Source: Laetmonice hystrix
Taxonomy: Eukaryota
Length of the DNA stretch: 64,000 nucleotides
Direction of reading: 5' to 3'
Assembly (NCBI GenBank): GCA_965235115.1
Contig: OZ249436.1
Coordinates: forward strand, 29,762,001-29,826,000
The notes below the pieces were generated by a model. The model had not been told where the DNA came from and made no database searches. It was given only the letters and a program-made list of their open reading frames with translations. The translations under genes were made by a program, and so were the position numbers. Positions 24,859 to 38,832 of the stretch are shown in pieces (within the stretch, counting starts at the first letter, position 1; each line of letters opens with the position of its first letter).

Positions 24859-25509
24859 AAAGGGTCATCTTCGGATTGCTACGGGTCCGCTACGGGGTTT
24901 TTATCCGTGATCGAAATCGATTTTTTTTGAAGACGTTTAAAACTTGTCCACGGATCGAAAAGCCGCTACGGATCGGTACCGGTTGCCATGGGTAGCTAGA
25001 GAACATCCGGGAAAGTGTGACGGGGGCTTTAGCGTCCTTATGAAGTTAAAAACTCGGAGAGGAGGATGGTATTGTAGGTTACATTTTATAATATCGTAAC
25101 CCGTCGATATAAGCGGACTCTATACAAAAGTTGAAACCCTTCGAGGAGACTACACAATGAAGTTGAATCCCATGATAACAAACAACACTTTATAAGTCTG
25201 TATACAGTTATGCAGTATACGTAGGATAGAAATTACTATTCTGCCTTAGTTATTAGGTGGAGACAACATGGGCAGAAAGAAAGCAACCCTGAATGCCCTC
25301 CCAGCGACCCCCCCCCCCTAAAAAAACCCCCAGAACACTTGATAACAAGAAGAAGTAAGTTTACTAACTTAATGCTTTCTACAGCCATCCTCGTTTAGCC
25401 TTCATAAATGATTCCAACCCGTATTTAGATATAGCAATTCAACATTCAATGGCCTTAAATTAAAACATGCCAACTAAAAGTAAAGCCTTGATAGAAATTA
25501 AAAAAGGAG

Positions 25510-27096
25510 ACTAGAAACTCTGATTGCCAAGCAATACAGGTAGGATCCCATTTCCCCAATGGTTTTCTATCATTACCTACATTTTTCTCTCCTTTAATTT
25601 GACTGTCCCGGGATTCCGCCAACTGTTCCACAGGTATACTTGACACTGTCGTGCCGACATTACCTCTGGAGGTTATTTTCATTTACATGGAATTTACTAA
25701 GTACCCCTTCGACAATTATGAAATAGTATAGTCCTTAAACCTGTTATCGGCATCATGAACAATTGACACGGATAGGCCTAGGGGGCCTATCAAAAAGCGC
25801 CCTGCCAGGTCAGTGTCACACAAGGGTGCACGTCATCCACACCAGGCCAACAATCAAAATATTCTTTTATTCAGCTCTCCTCTCATATAAGATTCAAAAA
25901 CATATACATTAGACAGTTAGCCTACACCCCCAGTTCAAAACCACAGTTAATTTAATTATGTCAGTTCTGAATACACATATTCCTCCAACCCCCACCCTCA
26001 CTGGGAGGCACCCTGACTGTAGTCACGACCGACGGGCAAGCCGTTATCACCAGCCCTTACGTAACTCTGCCTACCAGCAGGCGGCCGCGTCACAGTAGGA
26101 GATCTGTGTATACAGAGACCCCAACATCCTAGTGACAAACATTATAATTGTGAAGACTATACCCATTAAAACTTGGAATTCTGCCCATTACCTTTTCAAA
26201 AAGAGAACTAAACAATCAGTGGTAACTTAAATCTATACACTTTGTAATTGTTGTATTTGCATATGGCTATCTTAAATACGTTTCAAGATAGAGCCTGTCA
26301 ACGTCAGATTACATATTTCATCATAAATAAAAAGATATTGGTAAATTTATGCAAAAAATTATGCAAAGTGACCAATCTTTAAAAGGAGCACACATCTAGT
26401 GACCAAATATATGATTCCTATCTCGTCGAAGCAATTTTAACAAAAAGTGCCAAAATTGCCAAATTTCAAAGTCACATGACTCTCTTAATATAAGTCAAGT
26501 TCTTTATTTCTAAACGTCCCCATAAAGAGCCACCTTATGAGATTCTTCAGACACACTTTACCTACATATTGCAAAATATTGAGGGAGGAGATGCTGTTTA
26601 AGCTGTTTAAGATCTTTGACCTAGATCTCACAAAGGTCAAAGGTCAGAGGTCAAATTCAGGTGCATGACGATTAATGCCTAAGTGCCTAATTAGGAACTA
26701 CCATGGAGATTGCTCCTACTTTTCCAGAAATTCAAGAAATGAGCCCTCATTTGAGCAACTTTAACACGTCATAACTTATTGACGTGACGTCATATGGCGT
26801 AATCAGTCAATATGTGATCATTTTAGTGGATGATCAATGTTCCCTGCAAGTTTCATGACGATACCTCCATAGATAACCGAGAAACAGCAAAAAGTTTACT
26901 ACACCATTAATCAGAAGAAGAATAGTGTAGACGAAACCAAGTGATTTCAAAATCCCATTTCCCCCTTCGGGGGGGGGGGGGATGGGATAATCAGAAGAAG
27001 AAGAAGAAGAAGAAGAAGAAGAAGAATTAGTGTAGACGAAACCCAGTGATTTCAAAATCCCATTTCCCCCTTCGGGAGGGGGGGGGGGTGGGATAA
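25510..27096 (-). mobile_element. Helentron-associated element (HINE/DINE-1-like) with duplicated 5' terminus
   Basis: ACTAG + short hairpin + ATCCCATTTCCCC subTIR at left; ATCCCATTTCCCC...GGGGATGGGATAA twice at right with a (GAA)n microsatellite. Confidence 0.65.
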
Positions 27097-29971
27097 TAAA
27101 TAGAAGAAGGTCCAAACTCAAACTCCTCTTAACAGGGTGCCAGCCAAGGTACTGAGACAGGGATGCTTGGTTGGAAACGATAATAAACAAAGTCGGCCCC
27201 GAGAAGACATAGAGATCTACCACACCAGCACTGATAGAGGGTTGATCTTCCTAGCACAACACTTCCCACATCCCATTCTGTATGTTGTGCGATCTGTTGG
27301 ACAACATACCGCGGAATAAACTACTCGTTTTTTTATGTTGACAGCTTGCTGAGATCGTAACAAAATTAATATTATTACCTTTAAGGCATAAATGGGAACA
27401 TTAACATGGATAGATTCTATAGTCGCGTTTAACCGCCAACGATGCGGGACTATTATATATGCACAATGCACTCTTCGTGCTGATATCAGTGACACATGAA
27501 ACAACATGGCTGATAATGACTGAATCGACTATGACCACGTGGCTCTTAAGTTCAATCCATTCAGTTATATAGGGTCTAATGTAATGTTCATTTTTGTGTT
27601 ATTTTCTCTTCACATAGCTAGTCATAGGCCTACACTATAACAATGGTCATGGGAAGTATCATCCTTTAGTCACCATGTGGCAGTTATACGAGCGATTTAT
27701 GAGTGCGATTATCAAGGGCCATGGTTGAGTCCGGACAGGCCCGTAGCCAACTATCCAGAGGGGATGGTTCGTTGGAGGACCAAAGGGGGACCGACAGGAT
27801 GCCCGGGGTCGGCGGGCCGGAGTGGGGGCCGGAGCAGTTCAGTGGGTCCAGCACTGCACAAAAGGGGGAGTAAACATGCGCAGGGGTCTAGGGCTCCTCC
27901 CCCCAGAAAATTTTTAATTTTAGAAGGCAACCCCTGCTATTTTCCGGCATCTGTACCCTTTTTATTAAGTCAAGACGTATGCCACAATTGGATTGCCTGC
28001 CTCTATATTGTAAGGAAACACTCCATTAAATGTGATTTTAGGCCAACTGTCCTGGAAACCCCAGTTTTTTTGCCATTTTTGGCCTTGACCTTGATATTTG
28101 ACCTTGATCTTGACCTTGAATCACAAAACAAATGTCACAAATGGATTCCCCGTGTTGATATTGTATGGAAAAGTGCTATTACATATGATTCTAGGCCAAA
28201 TGGTTTTCAAGTTACCTGAGCTTATGACGATTTGTTATTAATTATGCTAATTTATGCAAATTAGCTTATAAAAAAAATTCCTCAACAGCCAACTTCGGCC
28301 AACAAAGCTGAAAATCTTCACAGAGCCTATGTGGACACAAATCAATCATAATCTCTTGCGGGTCTAAAAATTTCCGGGTTACCTGGGTTGGCTACCCGAC
28401 TATTCCCCTACCTGTAATTTGCCGTGTGAAATGTGCATGTCCACTTCGACTTTGATCTGCTCTAGTGCCTTCACCCACCAACAGTTTTCGTGCAGACAAG
28501 CAGATTCTGGAATGGCATATCACAGGGTATCTAAAAATGGTAGTCTGCAAAAATCCCCCCGGGGGGGGGGGGAGGGTTTCAACCCTTGGCCCATGGACTA
28601 TATGGAGTTTACAGAAGGTTTTACCTCTCCCCTGATCCTGATTTCCTTAAAGTGGCACGAATAATTCCACAAATTGTTGGTGTCACTTTAAATTTGTGTC
28701 ACTAATAAGAATATTTCCTTAACGTGCACTCTTTTATAAGGACGTAGATTATTAACAGGTTGGCCAATTTTTTCCTTATTTTTTTCCTTAATCAGAGGCA
28801 CTTTTCTAACGATTTTCGCTAATTTGGAGAATTTTTATTAAAAAGGGTACTGGAGATATAAATTGGGAAGTTTCTCAAAGCATTTCGGCCTATGGCTAGA
28901 TCAATAACATGTGCAGTGAGACCCCAGAAAATTATCGAATTCAGAAGAAAAAAAAACTAATTTCCTGGCATCTGGAGATAGAATTTCTCAAGTTCCTCAA
29001 AGCATTTAGAGGTCTAAGCCTAGCTTACCAATAACATGGGGGGGGGGAGGGGGGTCTGGGGGTCATTCCCAGAGCATTTTTAAATGTCCTGGTATGGAGA
29101 AGTCTACTTGGGGAGATAGAAATTGTGATTTTTTTTCAGGGGGGACCATGGGTCGGATTTTTTTGGGTCAGGTGGACACCCTGCAGACACGAGCTGGACC
29201 CACGATCCCCCTATGTGATCACTGTCAGGGGGGGCGGATCCCCCTGTTATAGGGGGGACCATGGGGCCAGGGAGTGGTTTATTCGAACACCCCGACCCTG
29301 CCCATCTGTTTCTCGGAATTGGGGGCCTGTAGAACCAAGGCATTTGTACACAAGAAAGAGCACCCCTTGTCACGACGCGTATGATAAGTAGGCCTACTTG
29401 TACTGGTGTGTAAGCTTGGTAGAACACATTTCTCACCAATTTCACCCTCGGCGTCTAACCTGCATGGAGCCATTCGTGGGCCGTTGACCATCCCTCACAT
29501 GATAATAACATGATAATAAGCGTTGAAAACTTTATTAATTATTTAATTACGTAACATGATATAATCTTGACATAGCTTGCTAAATATGTCAAGGCGAAGG
29601 TATTCACTAAGTTTCTCTCACACATTCTAAAAAAATAGCAAATATACACACTCCGTATTGGGAAATGACAAACTGCTCAACTTTGAAGTCATGTGACTCC
29701 GTCAAAATACTTCAAATCGCTCAGTCCCTGCTACAACTTCTTCGGATATCTAGGAGTAACCATGCTGTACAGTTTGAAGAAAGCTACATCAGAAGTTTAG
29801 ATGTATGTGATAGATGACCTGTGACCCAGTCCTTAAGAAGGTCAAAGGCCATCAGCGAAATTTTGGTAAAAAATTATTAAGGAACCATCTCTTTTCTAGT
29901 ATCTGAGAGACAGTTGCCTTGTTGGTACTTGTTTGGTACATTTTCATAAGTTTGGGTCAACATCCCACCTA

Positions 29972-31615
29972 TAGTCAGGGAGCATGTTGCATGAAATAAA
30001 GTCCCGTGGGCATTTTGTGATGAAAGCAAGCGACCCCCTAGATGTCTTTAGGGGGTCCCAAATAATACAAAAAAACTTGTTGGCAATCTAGGAATGGCGG
30101 CTACTTCCAGTAAAGCGCAAATCCAAAATGGCTGCCAGTCGCCATATTAAAATTGTATGCTTCGATTCCCTTGTCATAGAAGCATGTATAATAGCACTTT
30201 TTCCACTAAATCTCATACGAGGAATCGATTTCTGGCATTATTATTTGATTTGGAGGCCTCCTTCCGGTTGAAATCCAAGAAAGATGCTGGTAAATGTAAC
30301 TACTAAACTGCTTGGCCTAGGAACATGTATGATAGGACTTTTTCGACCAAATGTGACATGAAGAATCTATTCCCGCCATTATTTTTCCATTTGGAGGCCT
30401 CCCTGATGCTCATATCCAAGATGGCTGTCAGTGATGAGCTTGAAAATATCACTTATCAGTGCTCTTGAAGTCCGAGAATTGCGCTGACTGTAAGTTAATT
30501 GCACGTTTTGATAGCTGGTCTATCTTCAAGCAATTAGCAACCCCTAAATGTCTTTATGGGGTCCGAAATAATACAAAACAAGATTGTGAAGCTTATAGCC
30601 CCCACCAAGAACTATGGATTCTTGAAAAAACGATGCACGACTTCAATTGATCTTGGAAGGACAAAGAAAATATTGTCAAATGAAACTCCGTATGTACTTC
30701 GTCTGCATCTTAGTAACTATGCAGTTATGTACAGTTTGATAGCGTTATCCGGCGTGAAGATCTCAGTAACTATGCAGTTGTGCACAGTTTGATAGCGTTT
30801 TCCGGCATGAAGATGTACTTTGCATCTTAGTAATTATGCAGTTATGTACAGCTTGATAGTGGGTCCAGGAACTATGCGTACTTTGGCATGCTTGATGCCC
30901 CTCATGCCTTCTGTCAGCAAGAACGAAATCCAGAAAATGTCAAATATCACTTATCTTTGGTAAGTCTGCATTGACCGAGAATAGCACTGACTATTGAAAT
31001 TGTTTGTCTGAACAATCTGTTTAAACCTTGCTAACTGCTTAAAGATGGACCAACTATCAAAACGTGCAATCTAACTTACAGTCAGTGCAATTCTCGGTTA
31101 ATGCAGACTTCAAGAGCACTGATAAGTGATATTTTCAAGCTCACCACCGACAGCCATCTTGGATATCAGCATCAAGGAGGCCTCCAAATGGAAAAATAAT
31201 GCCGGTAATAGGTTTTTCATGTCACACTTGGTCGAAAAAGTCCTATCATACGTGTTCCTAGGCCAAGCAGTTCAGTAGTTACATTTTTCAGCATGGCCAC
31301 TGGCGGCCATCTTAGATTTCAACCGAAAGGAGGCCTTCAAATCAAATAATAATGCCAGGAATCAATTCCTCGTGTGAGATTTAGTAGAAAAAGTGCTATT
31401 ATAATGCTTCTATGACAAGGGAATCGAAACATCAATTTTAATATGATGACTGGCAGCCATTTTGGATTTCGCGCTTTACCGGAAGTAGCCGACATTGCTA
31501 GATTGCCAACAAGTTTTTCCTATTATTTGGGACCTCCTAAAGACATCTTGGGGGGGGGGGGGGTCGCTTGCTTTCATCACAAAATGCCCACGGGATTACA
31601 CATGCTCCCTGACTA
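29972..31615. mobile_element. Academ-like foldback element with ~570-bp TIRs
   Basis: TAGTCAGGGAGCATG ... CATGCTCCCTGACTA; 3-bp TSD CTA; 29972-30545 inverted at ~31045-31615. Confidence 0.8.
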
Positions 31616-32063
31616 CTAGGCTGTGATGTAATAAATAGTTCTTTACAGCTGTGGTCATTCATTCATACATACACTCTACAACTTTTGTGTGTGCCGGGAT
31701 GGCTCAGCGGTAAAGTGTAGGAATTCCAGGCCATGGGTATGACTTAGTTCTTTACTACTATGGTCCTTTATTTACACCAAGACTCTGCAAATAATGTGTG
31801 AACGGATGGCTTAGTGGTAGAGTGTAGGAATCTTATGCAAAGGGAGGTTCGAATACCACCCATGACATTTTTTTCTACCACTGGGAATCTACGGGAATAT
31901 CTTTCTCAGTGCTGGATATCTGGAAAAACTTGGCACGTATCATGACAATGACCTGGTATGACAGAGTTCTAGAGACATCCATAGAGGAACGGGATACCCG
32001 ATTGCCTGCAATCTGCATGTCTAGGTGCAGCTGTCAGTCCTGCGCAAATGCGATGCGACGGGC

Positions 32064-32155
32064 TTTATAAGGGCGGGCACTTCCATCATCTTTTACACGA
32101 CAGCAGGTCCAACATTAGCTCGGACAGATCAAGCGGATCGTCTCACTTTGAACAA
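32064..32155 (+). promoter_or_regulatory. Probable TATA/GC-box promoter and non-coding exon 1 of the methyltransferase gene
   Basis: TTTATAAGGGCGGG at ~32063-32076; strong donor AACAA|GTAAGT at 32155/32156; acceptor TGTAG at 32819 just upstream of the ATG. Confidence 0.5.
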
Positions 32156-32831
32156 GTAAGTGCAAGGTTAGCGTGCCGATCTATTCGTCAGAAAATGTCT
32201 GTTTTCACATCAGTAGGAAATACCCATTTTCAAGAGGGGGATATGACTAGCGGGTAACGAGAATTGAAAACAGATAAAATATCCTGTTTGAGGCTGGAAC
32301 ATTACACTGTCCTTAGTTACCATTATGTACATTAATTAGATGCACATATCACATGCCAAAAAGATAATTAATATTTCAACTGTAGCCATCATATTATTGA
32401 ATACGTTGGCAGATTTTAATTTTCTGAAATGGGGTCAAATCTTTTGGGAATCTGAACTGGAGAATGTTTACAAAGCCGATTCAGTTTCATGATACATCGC
32501 CCGTGATAACTTAACCCCCACTAAATTTGGTCGAGAGTAAAGATGTACAGCCCTGACCTTATCCCTTACCCCGAACCCTAACCCTCCCAAAAACATGTCC
32601 CTATTCTATTCCTATCCCTATCCCTGACCTTAACTCGAACCCCTGACCACAAATTTTGTGGGGAATGTATCATGGCGAAATAACGAGTGCTATCGGCTTG
32701 TTCTGTATATTCCATAATTTATGTCCAGTTATTCTCCGAATTCCAGAAATCACCTATATCTGCGTGTGATCTTAAATTTACTTTTGATATGTACACGAAT
32801 ACTCGATATTATGCTGTAGAAATTACACAAA

Positions 32832-35800
32832 ATGGCTAACATGGACAAGTTCGATGAAGTGGCCTTCGAAAGAGCCAGAGGGGCCCAGAATCCAAAGCAA
32901 TCCTTTTCCGAACGAATGCAGTATTACGACACTTGGGCATCTGAGGAGACATACGACATCGTACGCATGTTTAGGAGCCTACATAATTAGAGTAATTCAA
33001 AATTAATTTAGTTCTAAAACCACACATTTTATTAAGTGTAAACAGAATATTATATTTAAAATTCTGTTTCTAGCATCTGGCGCCCACTAACTATCGTGGA
33101 CCCACACTCTGTGCAGCTGCTATTGAAGATTATATGCCCACAACGAAGGAAATGCATATCCTTGACATAGGAGCGGGCACTGGACGCGTGGGAACGGAAG
33201 TACGTATAAAGCCATAGAATATCCACCAAACTATATTGACCGTCAGAAAATTAGTTCACCAGGCAGTGTGCCTGGGTATCTATGTATGGCGGTGTTGATT
33301 CACAGGCGTTTCGTTAATGTTTGTTGAAAGTCCAAGATAGCATACCTTCTTCATATTACAATCTCATGTTATTTAAAACAGTGCAATTGTAACTTAGAGG
33401 TTGGGTTTCAGAGAAATGTTCTCTATGTTTCTCTTCTGCGTTCATGCACATATGAACACCCAGAATGAATTATATAAAGAACCGATCTATGTCGCATTAT
33501 TACTGATTTTGTAAAAATGATGTTCTATTGGTTAAGGCTTGAACAGTCAGGTAGATGGCGCCGTAATCGTCCATCCAACAAAAAATGTGACATACAGTAG
33601 ACTTTGCATTTAACGTACTGATTGGGACCAGAGATTTGTGTTTGTTATATGCGAAGTCTGTTATACGCATTGATCTATACAGTAATATTTGTATTATCGT
33701 TCGACGGGACCGGGACTTCCAGTTTCAGTACGTTGTAAGCGACTGTCTGGTATATGCAAGGCCGTTAGATGGTCTACTGTAGATCGTTTTTCCCGTGTAC
33801 TCGTCATATTTCTAGTTGCTCCAAAATTTGGGTTAAAGTATTACAGAAACGCAGAGAAAATCGCATGTCTCTGAGGACCCCCTCCCCCCACGTCATTGCT
33901 GTAATATCCAATAGGCCGATCGCTAATAAGAGCATATATCGGGTGGATAAAAAACGCCCCGAACTTTAAACTTTAATACTTCAAAAACTATGCATTCTAA
34001 TTTAATAAAATTTCACTTAATATTAATTCATGATATTATCTCTGGTATGTTAAAGTTTCAGCTCGATAGCTATGATATTAATCCCGTGGCGCTAAAAACA
34101 AAAATCAGTGTCTAAAAACGCAATGCCGGAATTAGGTCAAATATCATGCAGCTGCCAGGTGTCCAATTTGACACCTGTTTGATGCACCGCATTGTACCTT
34201 AATATCTAGTTTTTTTGCATGTTTCACAATATGTATAATGTTGTGGACCACTAGATATAATAAAATATGTGCTATTCCTAGTACTTTTAAAGAAAAACAG
34301 ATGTTTAATGTGCCAAACCCTACAGAGAAACTGCAACATTAGGACGGTATGACTGTAACGAGAAGTTCAAGGTAAATCGTATCATTATCACGTTTAGCAA
34401 CACATTCAGAACGTTACGTATTTCTCAATGTTGGGAAGATATTTCCCGATCAGAGATCAGGAAGTGCATTGGCTCATGGAAAAAGAGACTGAGAGCAGTA
34501 TGGAGTGAAAACGGGGGACCGATTGACCACCTACTCTGGTGTGAGGCCAGGGACTCTGGGTGAGACTACAACTCGCTTTAGCCCGGCATTGCGCTTTTGT
34601 ACAATGAATTTTGTTTTTAGCTTCATGGAAACATTATCCAAGCTATTGAGTTGTAATATTACCAATTAAGAGACAACATCATGAAGTGGGATTAAGAGAA
34701 CTTTGATTGAATTACAATCATTACTTTTTGAAATATTGAAGTTTAAAGTTCGGGGCGTTTTTTTATCCACCCGATATATTAGCTTATGAAGCGTGGATAC
34801 AAGAACATCGAGGCAATTGAACCATCGGAAGGGATGCTGGAAGCTGCCAGAAACAAGAAGATTTACCGTAAACATACTCTCGGTGCCTTCGGAGCCACAA
34901 ACCCATCTATTGGTGACCGTAAGTATGCGCACCATCAGCAGTCTTCATGTTGGGCACCCAACAAATCTCCCACCGTATCCTGATGACCAATTCAGCCAAC
35001 CTATAAACCAATATATTAACCAAAAATTTGTTTAAATTGATCAACGTATTTTAGATAATAATCTAACAAATCTGGATTGTTAAAAAAAACTACCAGAACT
35101 AGATTATTTTAACCAAGATCTCGGTCGGACACATAATCTACCATCTAGACTGGTTAAATTTAACCATTATCCAAATATATCTATATCTCTATCACACCCA
35201 GAGGTCTGATTTCTGCCGATTATATGTCTCTCAGGTTCCTACGATGCGCTGGTCTGTTCGGGCGTGTTCATGGAAGGCCACCTTCCATGCAAGGCTCTAC
35301 GAGAGATGGCTCGAATTACTAAACCAGGTTTGTCGTGCGTTTTTCTTTTTAAGGCTGGTTCCTTTAGATGATTCATGTATTAATATAATGTGTAAAGTTT
35401 GCGAATGATTATGATATACATGTAGGCCGTTTTGACAAAAAAGTTCATGGTCTACAAACGGGAAGTTATTCATTAAAAAATGTTTAGGAACTAAATTCTG
35501 TTATCTTAGTTGATCTCCGGAAAACCTTAATGTCCTGCTTGTCTTCATGGAATAAATAAAAATAATTTTCTAAATAAAAATGGTTGAAATGAAAAAAGTT
35601 GAAGTATAATCATGAGCACAAATATTCATTCTTCCAGGCGGGTTGATTGTGATTGTCTTTCGCGAAAACGTTCTGGAGCAGGTAGAAGAATACCGCGGCC
35701 GCCTGGAACCGATGATGAAACAAATGCAAGCGGAGGGAGTTTGGGAAATCTTGGAAAGATCTGTGAAACCCATGTACTTTTTGGATATGAATGGCGTCCG

Positions 35801-35834
35801 ATATGTCTTTAAAGTTAACGAGGAAAACAACTAA
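32832..35834 (+). CDS. Class I SAM-dependent methyltransferase, METTL27/WBSCR27-like; join(32832-32960,33074-33199,34783-34918,35235-35327,35638-35834), 226 aa
   Basis: All introns GT-AG with consistent phases (681 nt total); YYDTWA..YD, motif I ILDIGAGTG, IEPSEGMLEAA, SYDALVCSG..GH, RITKPGGLIVI. Confidence 0.88.
33937..34776. mobile_element. Tc1/mariner-like MITE in the intron, abutting the splice acceptor
   Basis: TIR TATCGGGTGGATAAAAAACGCCCCGAACTTTAAACTT / AAGTTTAAAGTTCGGGGCGTTTTTTTATCCACCCGATA, TA on both flanks. Confidence 0.8.
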
Positions 35835-36612
35835 TTAAGAATAAGATTGAATATTTTAACCAGCGGCCGGTTTCGCCATATGGCACTACTTGATGTACTT
35901 CTGTTAGAAGATGGGAAGCAGCGGTATCAATTTCGAATGAATTGTTCAGATTTCTAAAATGATGTTATCATGTATGTAATACAGTAAACTTAGAGATACA
36001 ATTGCAAAATTGATTGATACCCGTAGGGGAGGTATATGTAAAATATCTCCCCTATATGTAAAAAATATTACCGACGAATATAAAATTGAGAAATTAACAG
36101 CTGGTTCATGCGGCCATAAAAATACATTATTATAAATTAATAGAACTTTTTTGGGTTCACTGCTATCACACTTGCTTTTACCAAAAAAATTTCGTTTCTT
36201 GTCCCCGCGCGCGTCACCTAAAACCCCCCGCGTCAAGTCTTTTTTTCTAAATCTGACTGCTTCAAATGGTGGGCAGTGTAGCACTAGCTGTGACAGAACG
36301 TTGCAACGGTTCTTTGGCGTTGGCGTTTTCCTGTTAGTCTTATTGCTTTTTATGTGAGTTTTACACATTTCTTTAATGAAAACAATGAACATCATTGCAT
36401 TAGTTTTTTCTTCAAGATTTCTTCATGTACCCAACAGCAATTGCATTCGAAGAATCGGCCGTTGTCTGGTTGCATCCATAAAAAAAGAAAGATGAAAAAA
36501 AAAACGCGTCACCGCACCATTTTTTTTTTATATGAAAGGACAAGAAACGAAACTCTTTTTTTTTGTCCTAATAGACAATAATTCAATCAGATATAAAAAT
36601 GATTGAACTATG

Positions 36613-37051
36613 CAGTGATGTCGGAACAGGGGGGGCCAGGGGGGCCATGGCCCCCCCCCCCACTTTCAAAAGTGGGGGGGCCATACTATGGTTTGGCCCC
36701 CCCACTTTTCAGGGCTGTATTGTGGCAAAACAATATACAGCTGAGTGTCGGATAGGCCTAATAATATTGTGTTCCCAGATGCCATGAAAACGCGTATTTG
36801 GCACTTTAATTTTCAATTTTTTTTCTGGGGGAGGACCCCCAGACCCCCCTCCCCCCACCCCTGGCACGAGGCTTCGCTCCCATCACCAGCATTTCAAATC
36901 TCGGAACTGGATTTTAAATGACTTTCCTCTGAGTGGCCACTTAGAGGACCACATTCTCCGAGTGGTCACCCCCCCCCCCCCACGGGGGCCTGCAACTTGA
37001 GTATGTTAGAACAGTTTGGCCCCCCACTTTTTTTTGCTTCCGACATCACTG
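36613..37051. mobile_element. CAG-ended MITE with 5-bp TSD
   Basis: TIR CAGTGATGTCGGAA / TTCCGACATCACTG; CTATG duplicated. Confidence 0.8.
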
Positions 37052-38832
37052 CTATGCCTATGATAGAAAAAGGTACATGAATTCTATAAGGGACCGTCCA
37101 TGATTATCAACATTTTCTAAAGAATACAGAGCGTACGATTTTAACTCCCTTCCTTCCCAGAGAACACTAAGTTGAAAACCTGCAGGCTGATGGGAAAATT
37201 AAAATTTAAAAGGTTACTTCGGAAAATGTCTCAAGTCAAGTAACCCCATAAGGGAACCAATTTAGGCCAATTTTAATATTTTCAAAAGGATTTTAAAAAA
37301 TTATTATTTAAAAAAAATGCAGTCTATCCATTGTGCCCTTCTAGCCTTTGTGTGAGAAAATTCTCAACTAGGAAATGTCTGGATTTTTCTTTTTATCCTA
37401 AGCCGTTGCGTAGAACAAAGTTTGCCAGATTGGTGAGGGTGTGGCGGTATTGGCGAAAGTTAACATTAGTGAAATGCCTTGCTGGCCTATAGGCGGAACT
37501 AGGTCTTGGCTGAACTTTATAAGCTTAGATCGGCTAACGCTTAAAGGAAATATGTCACGGGGGTATCGACTGAAATCTTCAGTTTTCTCCTTTCCTGCTC
37601 AACACTGACGTGCTTTATGGCACTGATTGTTTTTCATATTGATTCTGTTAACACATACTACGAGTAGACAGCTGTGAAACTGTCCCTAATATGGAAAAAT
37701 GAATAAAACTAGCTTCAGTGTCCGCAAAGTGCGGTAAATCCGCCATCTAAATAAATAGCAAATAAATAAATAAACAAATAAATAAATAAATAAATAAGTA
37801 ATTAAATAACAAATCTATAAAATGATAGTGGGAATATAATGGCCCATCCGCTGATCGTGTTGTTACGTGGCCAACGGCAGTAGATGACAAACACCCAGAA
37901 TTTAATTTTAAACACTTTAATGAATCCTTACAGTTACACAATAATGACAAAATAAAGTCTGCTTCACAATCATAAAACTCTGTTTTACCTTCTGGAATGT
38001 TCCTACCATCTATTGTGGTCTATTGTCCCGTCTGCAATTCCAGAACGTTCTCATTCCATCCAAATCAGAGTTTGAATAAAGTTCTAGTTGATTTCCTCCG
38101 TGGATTTCACAAGCCCAATGTCCACACGTAAATCCAAAGTTCACATAGAGTTTCAGTGGTTTTCCTCCGTGGTTGTCACAAGCACAGTGTCCACAGCACA
38201 AGTTCAGATACGTACTCCAGGAATCCGTGGATAAATCTTCCTATTGAAGTCGCCAACTTCAGTAGCACACAAATTGAAGACTTGTAGCTCTAGGCTATAG
38301 TCTACTGTCCACGTTCCAGTTTCAGGCTCAAATACGACAGCTTTCGTAATCCCACACTGAGCGATAATACACAATCTCACAATCGTCAATCAGGTCTTGT
38401 TCCAACGTAGTCACTAACGTTAAACTACACTCTCTGTTAGATCTCAACGCAAGTCTCCCCGCATCATCAGTTCTACCAGCTTATATACCTTCAGTTAAAG
38501 AACCTTCTCGTTGTAGAATGTTCGACTGTCACTGGATAATTCTAGTTGTTTGAGAACCTTCTAAATTCCAACTATTACGACCGAACTTTCTGGTCCCGGA
38601 ACCTCCTACTCAAGCTCCCTCTGGCGGGACATGTAACTAACAGACCAGACCACAGCGCCACCTGGCGGATTATAATTAACTGAGGAATTCTACCTCACAC
38701 ACACATCACACCTCCCCTCTAGGAAAGAAAAATTTTTACCTGTAAATTTTTTTATATACTATGTAATCTCTACACAGTTATAACACACATATGACTGGCA
38801 AATATTACACAACCAACTTGGTGTATAATACC

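Noticed and set aside
27677..28219. 180-aa ORF
   Set aside because: Runs across junctions of several unrelated repeats; starts at a non-ATG codon; no recognisable domain.
31690..31865. Possible tRNA genes
   Set aside because: A/B-box-like motifs only; no complete cloverleaf or acceptor stem could be formed.
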